64,000 bases of DNA from Bdellovibrionota bacterium (lineage in GTDB: Bacteria > Bdellovibrionota_C > UBA2361 > JBIKWN01), in assembly GCA_044356295.1 (NCBI GenBank), contig JBIKWN010000004.1, forward strand, positions 37,708 through 101,707, read 5' to 3'. This document shows positions 8,884 through 18,392 of this stretch, piece after piece; position 1 is the first letter of the stretch, and each line of letters starts with the position of its first letter. A program made the position numbers and the translations under genes. Below the pieces are notes generated by a model, which ran no database searches, was not told the origin of the DNA, and saw only the letters and a program-made list of their open reading frames with translations.

Positions 8884-9995
8884 AAAAAGTATTTATTCCT
8901 GTTCAAGATGCAAATAGCACTACAGCAATTATTCGAGAGTTGCTCTGTAAAGACGGTGATGTTGTTACAAAAGGGCAAGTGATAGCTCATGTAGAAACAT
9001 CGAAAGCTATCTATGATGTGAACTCCTCTGGAGCTGGTCGAATTATTTATAATACGAAGTTACATGACGAGCATTCATTTTCAAATCCAATTGCTTGCAT
9101 CGCTGAAGAGGGAGAAGATTTTGAAACAGTACGGGCGAATTTTTATTCAGGAAAATCAGAAGAAAAAACTACTGAAGTAAAAGCTACTAAAAAAGCAAAA
9201 CTTCTTGCTGAAACTATAGGCATACATCTTTCTGATATAATAAAAGAGGGGATACTTTCTGAAGAAGATGTAATGCAATTTGCAAAAGATCAAGGAATTG
9301 CTACCCCCAAAGCTCCGATTTCTTTTTTAAAACCAAATGAATTTCCGCCGCGACTTACAAGAGTACTTGTTATAGGAGCGGGCAACGGTCTGGCACAAGT
9401 TGCAGATATTATGAGTCATGTTGCTCATCAGAGAATTGTCGGTTGTGTCGATGATAGTAAGGACCTTCATTCAAATGAGCCTTTTGGAGTACCTCTGATA
9501 GGGACGATTGCTGATATTGAACGTCTCTATAACGAAAAGAAATTTGATGCAGCTGTTATAGCAATTTCATCGAACGTCAATGTGCGCCGTATGTTGTTTG
9601 AAAAAATTAAAAATTTTGGGATCCCATTTGTAAATGTTATCGATCCATCTACCAGAATAAATAAATTTTCCATATTAGGTGAGGGGAATATTATCTGTAG
9701 TTTTGTACATGTCGGAACATATACATCTCTTGGCGATAACAATTTTATAAGCGCGCATTGTAGTATTGATCATCATAATATTTGGGGTTCACACATCACC
9801 CTTGGGCCCGGATGCCATTTTTCAGGTCGAGTAAAAGTGTGTGATTCAGTGAAATTTGCTACTGGAATTTTTGTCCAAAACGGCATCGAGATTGGAGCTG
9901 AATCAACAATTGCATCAGGTGCAGTTATTACAAGCTCTATTCCTGAGAAATCATTGGTGAAGACACAAGTGTCGCATGTGATTGTTCCAAAATGA
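8880..9995 (+). CDS. Lipoyl domain + PSBD-like segment fused to PglD/NeuD-family hexapeptide (LbH) sugar acyltransferase
   Basis: GDVVTKGQVIAHVETSKA (lipoyl-Lys), KATKKAKLLA...GILSEEDV (PSBD-like), VLVIGAGNG...VGCVDD (PglD N-domain), hexapeptide repeats with SIDHH; ATGA overlap with E1beta. Confidence 0.85.
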   Translation: MKKVFIPVQDANSTTAIIRELLCKDGDVVTKGQVIAHVETSKAIYDVNSSGAGRIIYNTKLHDEHSFSNPIACIAEEGEDFETVRANFYSGKSEEKTTEVKATKKAKLLAETIGIHLSDIIKEGILSEEDVMQFAKDQGIATPKAPISFLKPNEFPPRLTRVLVIGAGNGLAQVADIMSHVAHQRIVGCVDDSKDLHSNEPFGVPLIGTIADIERLYNEKKFDAAVIAISSNVNVRRMLFEKIKNFGIPFVNVIDPSTRINKFSILGEGNIICSFVHVGTYTSLGDNNFISAHCSIDHHNIWGSHITLGPGCHFSGRVKVCDSVKFATGIFVQNGIEIGAESTIASGAVITSSIPEKSLVKTQVSHVIVPK

Positions 9996-11610
9996 GCTCG
10001 ATCGACTCAATGCTCCATTCAGACTGAGTATCTAATCCAATCTGTTCAATAGTCACACAAGTTACTGATGATGGCTCGCTAAAATAGAGCTCTACGTTAT
10101 TTTCTTGTTTTAAACTAAAAAGCGAATTATTAATCCGTTCAACAGCACCTCTCCACCATGGTTCTCTGTATAAGAGGATGTCTTTAGTACAAGCTCCATC
10201 TCTTGAAGAACCATTAAAGACTTGAACACCACGTGGAAAATCGCTGATAAAATTCCGAAGCGTGATGGCAATTCCTTGAACACTGAGAGGTTCAACAAGG
10301 TCAAATGATACCCATTCACCTCCATGCTGAGTTCTTGGGACAGTGCTCCAACGGGTTTGTTTTTTTCGTTCTAAAATTATTGGAAGCATTGATTGATTTG
10401 TTGAACCCCAAAGATTTTTGATTTCGTTTTTTGTAAGAATTATTCGATTAGTATCGTTGAGTGGAGGAAGAGGAAGTTTCGATTTAATGATATACAAGGA
10501 CGGTGAATTTAAGAGAGGGCTTATCTGAAGTCTTTTGTCGCTTACTGATGTATGAAAAAAAGTATCAATAGGAGCAGTCAGATATAAAAAAACTGGCAAC
10601 GCAAAGGAAAGAGCAGCAATCCGAGTATTAGATATACTGATGATCAGAGAAGTATAAATAATTAATCCAATACAAATCATTTGATTTATAGAATACATTT
10701 TTGCAAACGGAATGATCCGCGATATTCCAGCAAGAGGAGATGCGGACCGAATAGAGGGCGAAAACAGATCGCTTTCCATAAATAATAAAAAGGTAAAAAC
10801 GAGAAAGCCAAAAGACTTTTTTAGTTGTGATGTTTGAAAACTTGTAATCCATGAAAGAAATATTGCAAAGAAAACAAAGTAGGTAACGCGCCCAGCAATC
10901 CAGATTTCGTTCAGGGAAGGGCGCTCTGGGGATGGACCAAATAATGGATCGATACCGAGCCCAGTTCCGGTACTTGGGACAAATCGGCTCAATGATGGCA
11001 GATGTAACTGTGGAGGGAAGTGGGTAAGAGCCAGTGCAATGAAAAAGCAAAATATAATAAAAAGAAATAATGAATTACCGAATGGATCTTTTCTTTGTTC
11101 GTTACGTAAAAGCTTATCTATAATGAGGGCAATAATAATAGTTACTGGAAAGAAAACCGGAAGGATGAGAGCAGAGATTAAGAGCAGGATATTTCTTTTT
11201 TGTAATGAAAGAGCACATACATTAATTAAAATTGAAATTGCGGTAAGTAGTGAAAAAAGAGAAACACCATCAAAAATAAAAGTACTAAAGATCAAAAAGA
11301 AAATTGCAACGAAACTTTTCTGATCGAGCGTAAAATTTTTACAAAGGAAAAAAAGCATCCCCAATAGTGCTGAGATCAGCGCTATACAGTTTAGAGGATA
11401 AAGATTTTGAAAGAATAAAGGCAGTCGTAGGGCATAGTAAGCATTTGTTTCCAGTCCTGTCACAATTGTAAGTGTATTTGTCGCAGAAGGGCGAATCGTC
11501 CCAAAAAAACTATCACCTGCAGGAATATAGAAGCTTAGAAAAAGTCCAAGGCAGCCAGAAAAAATGCTAAAAAAAACTAATCCGATACTCCATGAATTTG
11601 ATTTTACCAT
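9937..11610 (-). CDS. Polytopic membrane protein with C-terminal discoidin/F5-8-like domain
   Basis: Many hydrophobic segments; C-terminal RWST...QHGGEWVSFDL...DFPRG...WSIESIEL resembles F5/8 type C carbohydrate-binding modules. Confidence 0.55.
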   Translation of the reverse strand: MVKSNSWSIGLVFFSIFSGCLGLFLSFYIPAGDSFFGTIRPSATNTLTIVTGLETNAYYALRLPLFFQNLYPLNCIALISALLGMLFFLCKNFTLDQKSFVAIFFLIFSTFIFDGVSLFSLLTAISILINVCALSLQKRNILLLISALILPVFFPVTIIIALIIDKLLRNEQRKDPFGNSLFLFIIFCFFIALALTHFPPQLHLPSLSRFVPSTGTGLGIDPLFGPSPERPSLNEIWIAGRVTYFVFFAIFLSWITSFQTSQLKKSFGFLVFTFLLFMESDLFSPSIRSASPLAGISRIIPFAKMYSINQMICIGLIIYTSLIISISNTRIAALSFALPVFLYLTAPIDTFFHTSVSDKRLQISPLLNSPSLYIIKSKLPLPPLNDTNRIILTKNEIKNLWGSTNQSMLPIILERKKQTRWSTVPRTQHGGEWVSFDLVEPLSVQGIAITLRNFISDFPRGVQVFNGSSRDGACTKDILLYREPWWRGAVERINNSLFSLKQENNVELYFSEPSSVTCVTIEQIGLDTQSEWSIESIELILEQSHATLVSSPMISQE

Positions 11611-13826
11611 AACCTTGAAAACCCTGATTTTGCGTTAATAGTAATAGGTGTTTGTGTCGGACAATTACTGAGCTGTATAAAAGAAAGATTGCCTTCAAGT
11701 ATTTTAGAAGTCATTTGACAAGAGCTGTTTGTTTTTAAAAACGGGAAATATTGAAAAGAAAGCAGTGCATTTGGTTCATCTAACGTGAGTGTGACTGAAT
11801 TAGAAGTCTGAGAGATAATATTTCCCTTGCCTTCAAGAATATAATTACTTAGATGTTTTCGTTTAAATACGTTAAATACGCCGTAGATTCCTAACAAAGT
11901 ATACTGTTCAGGATGTGCCCTGAAGTAAGTGCGCCATTTTTTCTCATGAGCAATAACAAGAGTAGCGTTTACTCTTGAGAAGTAATCTTCAAATCCAATA
12001 TTTCCACGGCGCAGATATTCTGCTGGCATAAGCTCTGTATAACGCCAAACATTATGGAATAAAGTAGAAGCAACTAAGGGAGTTTTTGCTTCTTGCATGA
12101 GCGGAGCAAGGTGCCCTTGATTGAGCTCATGAAGGACAAACCCAGCAAAAACTGCTCTTCCTCCTTGTGCATTATTTTGAATGACTTTAGAAAGTTCATA
12201 ATAAACGGAATCAGCAAAGAAATATTTTTCGGGGCTTCTGTTGTAGATAATGCCACTGACTGAACCAATGCCTGAAAGTATTAAAGCTAAAGGAATACTG
12301 ACAAGTACTCTACCAAGTTTCTTATGCCTTAAAATCTCTGTTGCATCAGAAAGAAGTCTTGCAGCAGGAATACACAATACAAATCCAAGGATGATAATCA
12401 TCCTGTCTAGCTCTAACTGAGGAAGTTTAGGGGCAACAATGAGTCCAAGTGTTAATAACCAGAATACATGAATAGCAGTAAGCCATTCTTTTCTAAATGC
12501 AAAAAAGACTGCAAAAAGTCCAAATATGAGAACAGTTATATTCATTGGATTAAAGAGTTCTCTGGAGTTCTTTAACACTATTTGAGGTGTAATCTTTTTT
12601 GCTGATCCCTTTACGAATGCATTTGGTTGCTTTTTAGTTATCACTGGAGGGGCAATCGTTTCGTCTTGTGACTCAGAAGCTACCTCTGCAGTGCCATGTG
12701 ATTTTTCATGAAGCGCCATAAAAGTGTTTACTTTCGAAACAGAAAGAAACAAAACAATCCATGGGACATTAATGATGAGAAGGGCTGCAATGAATTTTTG
12801 AACCTCTTTTCTCTTAATGAGCGACGGAAATTTAAATAATCCAAAAATAATAGCAGGAAGAAAAATGAGTCCGGTTAAAGACCAGCAAAGCATTAACGAG
12901 AAACTAATCGTTGCAAAAATCCACTGACGACGAGTCAGTACTTCTTCTCGAAGAATTTTTATAGCAAAAACAATATTAAGAGGAATAAAAAGAGTCGATG
13001 TTACAAACCCCATCGATCCGTACTTAAACGCCCAACGATACCAAAAAAGACTTGTTGCAAATGAAAGCAGTGATGCAATTGCAGGAATTGGATCTCGGTA
13101 ACGCTCTATACGACAAGCGTAAAATATCAGTGCAGGACCAATAATAAAAAGTGTCCCTGAAATAATAATGTTATAGATACTTCGAACATCAAAAAGGTAA
13201 ATCAAAGGAGCCCAAAGGGTAAAAAGATTTAAAACTCCAGTAGCAAAAAAATCTCTCGCATCAAGTCCCATATTCCAAAACGGATTATAAAATGGAATAA
13301 ATGGAAAATTCTCTTTCAATAAACTTAATCGATACACAACAACAGAGTGATCATCTGAATAAAGAAAATTACCTTTCGAGACCGATAGAAAAGTAAATAT
13401 TAAACAAACACTACTAATGACAAGAGATGTAGAGAAAAGAAATTTTTCTTTTCTATGCCAAAGGGCGGTAATAACCAGTGCAGTAAAAAAGAAAACTTCA
13501 CCCCGTATCTCTGGAGCTTTAGGAAAGCTATATGTTCTTGCTGTCCAATCAGAGAAAAAGCAGATTAGAAAACTTATAACAACACCGAAGTGTGATATAT
13601 TTGGAGTCCACTGCGATCTATTTATCCCTTTTGCATGGTGCTGATAAAGTGACAGTCCCAAAAATAATAAGCCGATCATTGTGACCCAAGAACCAGCAGG
13701 AACAAGGACGGATCCTTCGGAGCTCCAGAGACGAAGGGTTCCACCTAAAATCCCAAAAAAAAGCAGGAATATCCCCACCGTAAAGAGGGTTTCTAATGTT
13801 GATTTATTTACACAGAATTTAAACAT
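11604..13826 (-). CDS. Polytopic membrane protein, probable GT-C/YfhO-like glycosyltransferase-related
   Basis: More than 10 TM segments, acidic pair YSDDH followed by PFYNPFWNMG, C-terminal soluble domain with YFPF; coupled to the downstream gene. Confidence 0.5.
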   Translation of the reverse strand: MFKFCVNKSTLETLFTVGIFLLFFGILGGTLRLWSSEGSVLVPAGSWVTMIGLLFLGLSLYQHHAKGINRSQWTPNISHFGVVISFLICFFSDWTARTYSFPKAPEIRGEVFFFTALVITALWHRKEKFLFSTSLVISSVCLIFTFLSVSKGNFLYSDDHSVVVYRLSLLKENFPFIPFYNPFWNMGLDARDFFATGVLNLFTLWAPLIYLFDVRSIYNIIISGTLFIIGPALIFYACRIERYRDPIPAIASLLSFATSLFWYRWAFKYGSMGFVTSTLFIPLNIVFAIKILREEVLTRRQWIFATISFSLMLCWSLTGLIFLPAIIFGLFKFPSLIKRKEVQKFIAALLIINVPWIVLFLSVSKVNTFMALHEKSHGTAEVASESQDETIAPPVITKKQPNAFVKGSAKKITPQIVLKNSRELFNPMNITVLIFGLFAVFFAFRKEWLTAIHVFWLLTLGLIVAPKLPQLELDRMIIILGFVLCIPAARLLSDATEILRHKKLGRVLVSIPLALILSGIGSVSGIIYNRSPEKYFFADSVYYELSKVIQNNAQGGRAVFAGFVLHELNQGHLAPLMQEAKTPLVASTLFHNVWRYTELMPAEYLRRGNIGFEDYFSRVNATLVIAHEKKWRTYFRAHPEQYTLLGIYGVFNVFKRKHLSNYILEGKGNIISQTSNSVTLTLDEPNALLSFQYFPFLKTNSSCQMTSKILEGNLSFIQLSNCPTQTPITINAKSGFSRLW

Positions 13827-14013
13827 CTATTCAGTTGTCGATTTTGCAAACAGCCTGTTACAATAGACCTAATTGCATATCTATGCCGGAAACTAATAAG
13901 ACCTTATTGCAATAAAGATACTGTCTTTAGACTCGAAAGGTTAGTAGGTTATGCAAAAGGTCTAATATAAACAAGTTAGCTAAATTAGAACCAAATTAAA
14001 CGATAGTAATATT

Positions 14014-14589
14014 ATGGCTTCAAATCTTCCTGGCTCAAGTGGCGCTGAAAATTCTGGATTTTTCTATACAAAACTAGAGAGTGCTCTGGGTTGGGCGCGT
14101 AAATACTCGCTTTTTTCTTATCCATTTGTAACAGCGTGTTGTGGAATGGAATTTATGGCAGTGAGCTGTGCCCATTATGATACAGACCGCTTTGGTGCAG
14201 CACTTCCTCGATTTACCCCGCGACAATCTGACCTTTTAATGGTTGTAGGAACCATCAATCATAAATTAGCCCCTGTGCTGTTGCGTGTCTATGAACAGAT
14301 GGCTGAGCCCAAATACGTTGTAGCATTTGGAGCATGTGCATCGTCTGGTGGATTCTACGATAATTACACGACGGTAGCTGGGATTGATAAAATTATTCCC
14401 GTTGATATGTATATTCCAGGGTGTCCTCCACGACCAGAAACAGTTCTTGATGCACTCATACATCTTCAAAAGAATATTCAGAATTCTCGTCAACAAATAA
14501 TAGAAGAGCACGGCGGAAAACAGCCGCACCCCGATCTTCCTGATTTTCTTGGTGCGCCGATCGATACAAACATCAATAAAAGTATTTAA
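14014..14589 (+). CDS. nuoB: NADH-quinone oxidoreductase subunit B
   Basis: TACCGMEF, PRQSDLLMVVGT, VYEQMAEPK, GACASSGG, DMYIPGCPPRPE (N2 cluster Cys). Confidence 0.95.
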   Translation: MASNLPGSSGAENSGFFYTKLESALGWARKYSLFSYPFVTACCGMEFMAVSCAHYDTDRFGAALPRFTPRQSDLLMVVGTINHKLAPVLLRVYEQMAEPKYVVAFGACASSGGFYDNYTTVAGIDKIIPVDMYIPGCPPRPETVLDALIHLQKNIQNSRQQIIEEHGGKQPHPDLPDFLGAPIDTNINKSI

Positions 14590-14634
14590 AACGAATTTCA
14601 AACCGCTTTTCATTAAGCGAGAGAGCACAGAACT

Positions 14635-15708
14635 ATGAATCAAGAGCTTAAGAGCACAAATAATAATGCTCTCTTGATTATTTTACTGCTCTCACTTGGG
14701 ATTGTATTGCCCCTTGTTATTGTTGAGCTTGGCATCCGTATCTATAGTTCTACTGTTTCAACTTCAGATCTTTCTACAGCGCTCGATACTTCAGAGAAAA
14801 GTAAAATTGAAATTAATAATCCATCACTAAAAGGTCTTGTCAGACGTAGTAGTAATCCAAAAATTGTATACGAATTAAAATCTAATATTTCAGGGCTTTT
14901 CCTTAATCAGCCACTTCGTACGAATAGTTTAGGCATGAGGGGACCTGAATACTCATTAGAAAAAAATCCACAGATTATTCGAATCGCACTTATCGGTGAT
15001 TCAATTGCATTTGGTTGGGGTGTCAAAGAAGAAGAGCGATATAGCACGGTGCTAGAAAAACTTCTTTCAGAGAAATGGGGCAAGCAAGTTGAAATTTTAA
15101 ACTTTGGTGTTCCGGGCTACAACACAATGATTGAGGCTGAGCTAGTCGAGCAAAAAGTTGCTACATTTAATCCAGATATGCTTATCCTTCATTTCGTAAA
15201 TAACGATGATGGTGCGCCGTATTTTATGTCTCGTCCCGAGTCATTCTGGACAATCAAAAAAAGTTTTTTATTTGAGTTTATAAAAGAACGATTAGTGCAG
15301 CCCTCAAAAGATTCAAACCCGAATCTTTCAGTTGGATTTGGAGGATTACCAGAAGAATCTAAAGCCGCCGTCATTAAAGAATATTCATATATGGTTGGGG
15401 CTCAAGCGGTCAAGCGTGGACTTGATAGAATAGGAAAATATGCTCAATCAAAGCAGATTCCATTTTATATCGTTTTTGGATCATTACGAGATGGACAATA
15501 TTCACTGCTTCGACAAGCAGCAAAAAAAAATGGCACACAGTTAGTTAGTATTAAAGAAAATGTTGAGCGTTATTTTGCTGCTCGAGGAATTATTACTCCT
15601 AAAGAACGAATTCAAGATCTGACCCTTAATCCAAAAGATCCGCATCCTAACGCGAAAGGTCACGGGATTTATGCTGAGGCACTTTTTGATGCGATTAGTA
15701 AGAAATAA
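14635..15708 (+). CDS. Membrane-anchored SGNH/GDSL hydrolase/acyltransferase family protein
   Basis: N-terminal TM, IGDSIAFG, NFGVPGY, NND, DPHPNAKGH. Confidence 0.88.
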   Translation: MNQELKSTNNNALLIILLLSLGIVLPLVIVELGIRIYSSTVSTSDLSTALDTSEKSKIEINNPSLKGLVRRSSNPKIVYELKSNISGLFLNQPLRTNSLGMRGPEYSLEKNPQIIRIALIGDSIAFGWGVKEEERYSTVLEKLLSEKWGKQVEILNFGVPGYNTMIEAELVEQKVATFNPDMLILHFVNNDDGAPYFMSRPESFWTIKKSFLFEFIKERLVQPSKDSNPNLSVGFGGLPEESKAAVIKEYSYMVGAQAVKRGLDRIGKYAQSKQIPFYIVFGSLRDGQYSLLRQAAKKNGTQLVSIKENVERYFAARGIITPKERIQDLTLNPKDPHPNAKGHGIYAEALFDAISKK

Positions 15709-16498
15709 ATTTTTCATTCTTTTTCTTCTTACTTTTTTTTTATTGATTGGTTTTCTTACACTTGATGTTTATCAATATCTTTATCCTGGCGCTTTTCGAT
15801 ATCTTTTTTCAAAAGAGCAAACGAGTCCACCGCTTGGAACTGAAGTAATAATTATTAAAACAGCTGACAATGTTTCGTTAAGAGTCTGGAAGCGGCAGCA
15901 AGTAAAAAGTGATGCACCAACAATTCTTGTATTTGGGGGAGATGATGGAGACGTTCGTTATCAAGAGGGGATAGCGCAGTATTTTTTCCAGAAAGGCTTA
16001 TCTGTTATCACTTTTGATTATCGTGGATTTGGGGCGAGCTCTGGATTTCCTTCGCAAACAGGTATTGAAAAAGATGTTGAAGCGCTTATCACACTTTTTA
16101 AGGCCGTACCGCAACAGAACAGGTATGTTTTTGGAATTTCGTTTGGTACGTATCCCGCTTTGTATGCAGCAACGAAAATTCAGATTGAAAAACTTATTTT
16201 AGTTGCTCCATTTATTGATTTTCCATCTGTTGATAGGACTTATTATCACTATCCATGGATTGTTGATCTGATTTGGCCTGAGTATTCAAATGAAAAACTG
16301 ATCTATAGAATTGTCGGAGATCCTAGAATTAATATTGTTTATGGTGATAGCGATATATTAATTCCACCTGCGCAGTCTCTTTCTCTTGAGCAGCAAGCTC
16401 GTTCTGTTGGTTTGAAAGTAAAAGCTAGTAAAATTTCAAATGCTAACCACATGACAGTAATGTCAAAGATTGTTCAATCAACGAACGTATTGGAGTAA
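15671..16498 (+). CDS. Alpha/beta hydrolase (ABHD/BEM46-like), N-terminal TM
   Basis: FDYRGFGAS, nucleophile GISFG, GDSD, NANH triad; start uncertain. Confidence 0.82.
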   Translation: MLRHFLMRLVRNKFFILFLLTFFLLIGFLTLDVYQYLYPGAFRYLFSKEQTSPPLGTEVIIIKTADNVSLRVWKRQQVKSDAPTILVFGGDDGDVRYQEGIAQYFFQKGLSVITFDYRGFGASSGFPSQTGIEKDVEALITLFKAVPQQNRYVFGISFGTYPALYAATKIQIEKLILVAPFIDFPSVDRTYYHYPWIVDLIWPEYSNEKLIYRIVGDPRINIVYGDSDILIPPAQSLSLEQQARSVGLKVKASKISNANHMTVMSKIVQSTNVLE

Positions 16499-16600
16499 TC
16501 AGTAAAACTCGTGGAACCTTACCAGTTAACAAGAATCATGATGAAGAAAGTTACGTTCTAATTTCCCTGCATCTAAAGAATTATTACATTTGGTGACATT

Positions 16601-17062
16601 ATGCGTTGTTTATTATCAATTCTAGGCTCGTACTTTTTTAGTGTTTTCTGTTCTACCGTTCATGCAAATGTAATTAGGCGAAATGTTCGTGCAGCGATAA
16701 CGCAATGCAAGACTCTGTTTGCTCTTGCTTCTGCTATCAATTGCCCAATTGCTTATTTTGAAAAATCGCCAAGCTTGCTTGTCATGACAAGGGGAACACC
16801 ACGCGTTTCCTCAGCAACTTTGATTGATGCAAAAGGCGGAAAACTTACAACTTGTGGGCAAAAACCTTGTCGTGATTGTAGTCAAGGATTTAGATATGTT
16901 TGTACTACTGGTGGTGGAACAAATGCCTTGGCAAAAAGAGCTAAGAAAAACGGCGGGAGTTATACAGTGTATTATAAAGTTGGTTCACAGTGTGTAACTA
17001 TTCCTGATATTGGAAAATGCAAAAGAAGTGTTAAAGGACTTTGTAATCAAGTGCTTCATTGA
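16601..17062 (+). CDS. Secreted Cys-rich basic hypothetical protein
   Basis: Signal peptide ending VHA; many Cys residues; clean ORF in gene order. Confidence 0.6.
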   Translation: MRCLLSILGSYFFSVFCSTVHANVIRRNVRAAITQCKTLFALASAINCPIAYFEKSPSLLVMTRGTPRVSSATLIDAKGGKLTTCGQKPCRDCSQGFRYVCTTGGGTNALAKRAKKNGGSYTVYYKVGSQCVTIPDIGKCKRSVKGLCNQVLH

Positions 17063-17066
17063 TAAA

Positions 17067-17396
17067 TCATTTACACCAAGACTCGCAATTCAAAAAAATC
17101 GGGCTAGCATTACGGATAGAAAGCAAGAAAAATAACAACACTAAGATAGCTTGAAGTATACTGCGCAAATATAATCTCGACCTTATATGAAAAATAATTG
17201 AAATTAAGCCAGCCAACAGTAAACTCAAGTGAGATGTAAGACCTATGATCCTGTAAAGTTCGGTATCATTTGGAAATACTAATATAGGTAATTCCGAGCA
17301 ATCACAGTAACTATTATTCCGAATCATTTGGAAAAAAACAGATAGAACCCCAAAAAAGAGAACACTCAAATCGAAAAACCATATCTTTAAACGCAT
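17067..17396 (-). CDS. Small hypothetical membrane protein (about 3 TM)
   Basis: Hydrophobic segments; CDC and CESWC Cys pairs. Confidence 0.5.
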   Translation of the reverse strand: MRLKIWFFDLSVLFFGVLSVFFQMIRNNSYCDCSELPILVFPNDTELYRIIGLTSHLSLLLAGLISIIFHIRSRLYLRSILQAILVLLFFLLSIRNASPIFLNCESWCK

Positions 17397-17459
17397 TATT
17401 CTGCCCCAGCCTACAAGATTCGATTAAAAAACTTATGGATAAACTGCCTTCTAAAAAGA

Positions 17460-18383
17460 TCAAAGCTCTTTTTGATAGACACGTAGCAAAATTCCATCAC
17501 ATATATCTTGCCTATAGAGCTCAGTTCTTGTTTTAAGATATTTTAGTCTTTCAGGATATCTATAATCAGCTAAAGGACCAATTAAAAGATCATCGTAATA
17601 AGATGGATCATTTGCTTTTATCGAAATAAGTTCGTCACTGGAGAATTGAAAAAAATATTCAAGTTGAGACTCATAATTTTTATATACAGAAGTAATTCCT
17701 TCAATAAGCATAAGTTTTAATTTTTGAGAACACACTAGATTTTCTATATTTGCGAGGTCGGTCATTTTATAAAATGCATACCGTCCAATTGCACCAAGAT
17801 CTTTTAGTTTAAGTTTAGTCTGTTTTAAATTTTCCTCTGTAAGTTCGATTGTATCAGGAGTGCCTAGTGGAATAAGGTGACCATAATCATAAAGTCGTAA
17901 ACTTTGACTTATGGGATCATATCCAAAATTTGAAGGATCGCTATCACAAATTAAACCAGTCTCTTGTAGTAATAAAGATGAAGCATGAATCTTCATTCTA
18001 AAAAGCTCGAGTATGGTTTCGTATTTATATTCATCATCCCCGCCTAGCTTAATGATTTTTGATATCATCTCTTTCATTGGGATTAATCTTTCGGTAGTAA
18101 GGATTGTTCGCGTACCATTTTCACCATAGTTAGCTTCAATACGAACAAAAGGCACTCCGATAAGAGGAGCAACTTGATCACGAATGAGATCCCAATCAAA
18201 GGATCCTAATTGTTCTGGGTTGATCATTTTACAAACAGTAGATTCTAAGATCTGTTTAGGAGGAGTAAAGACAATAGCATCATCACCACGTCTTCCCGAC
18301 ATTGACTTTTCGATATCAGCTGGAACTAACAAATCTGTTAGAAGTTCACGATCGAGTAATGTGGCAGAAAAGCAGATGCCCAT
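17460..18383 (-). CDS. Hypothetical protein with protein-kinase-like C-lobe motifs
   Basis: ILTTERL (hinge-like), ICDSDPSNFGY (DxxxxN catalytic loop), LRLYDYG (DFG-like). Confidence 0.5.
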   Translation of the reverse strand: MGICFSATLLDRELLTDLLVPADIEKSMSGRRGDDAIVFTPPKQILESTVCKMINPEQLGSFDWDLIRDQVAPLIGVPFVRIEANYGENGTRTILTTERLIPMKEMISKIIKLGGDDEYKYETILELFRMKIHASSLLLQETGLICDSDPSNFGYDPISQSLRLYDYGHLIPLGTPDTIELTEENLKQTKLKLKDLGAIGRYAFYKMTDLANIENLVCSQKLKLMLIEGITSVYKNYESQLEYFFQFSSDELISIKANDPSYYDDLLIGPLADYRYPERLKYLKTRTELYRQDICDGILLRVYQKEL

Positions 18384-18392
18384 ACACTAAAG

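Noticed and set aside
6971..9995. Canonical pyruvate/acetoin dehydrogenase complex (pdhABC/acoABC)
   Set aside because: The third gene lacks the E2 catalytic core and carries an LbH acyltransferase instead, and no E3 is adjacent, so pdh/aco symbols were not assigned.
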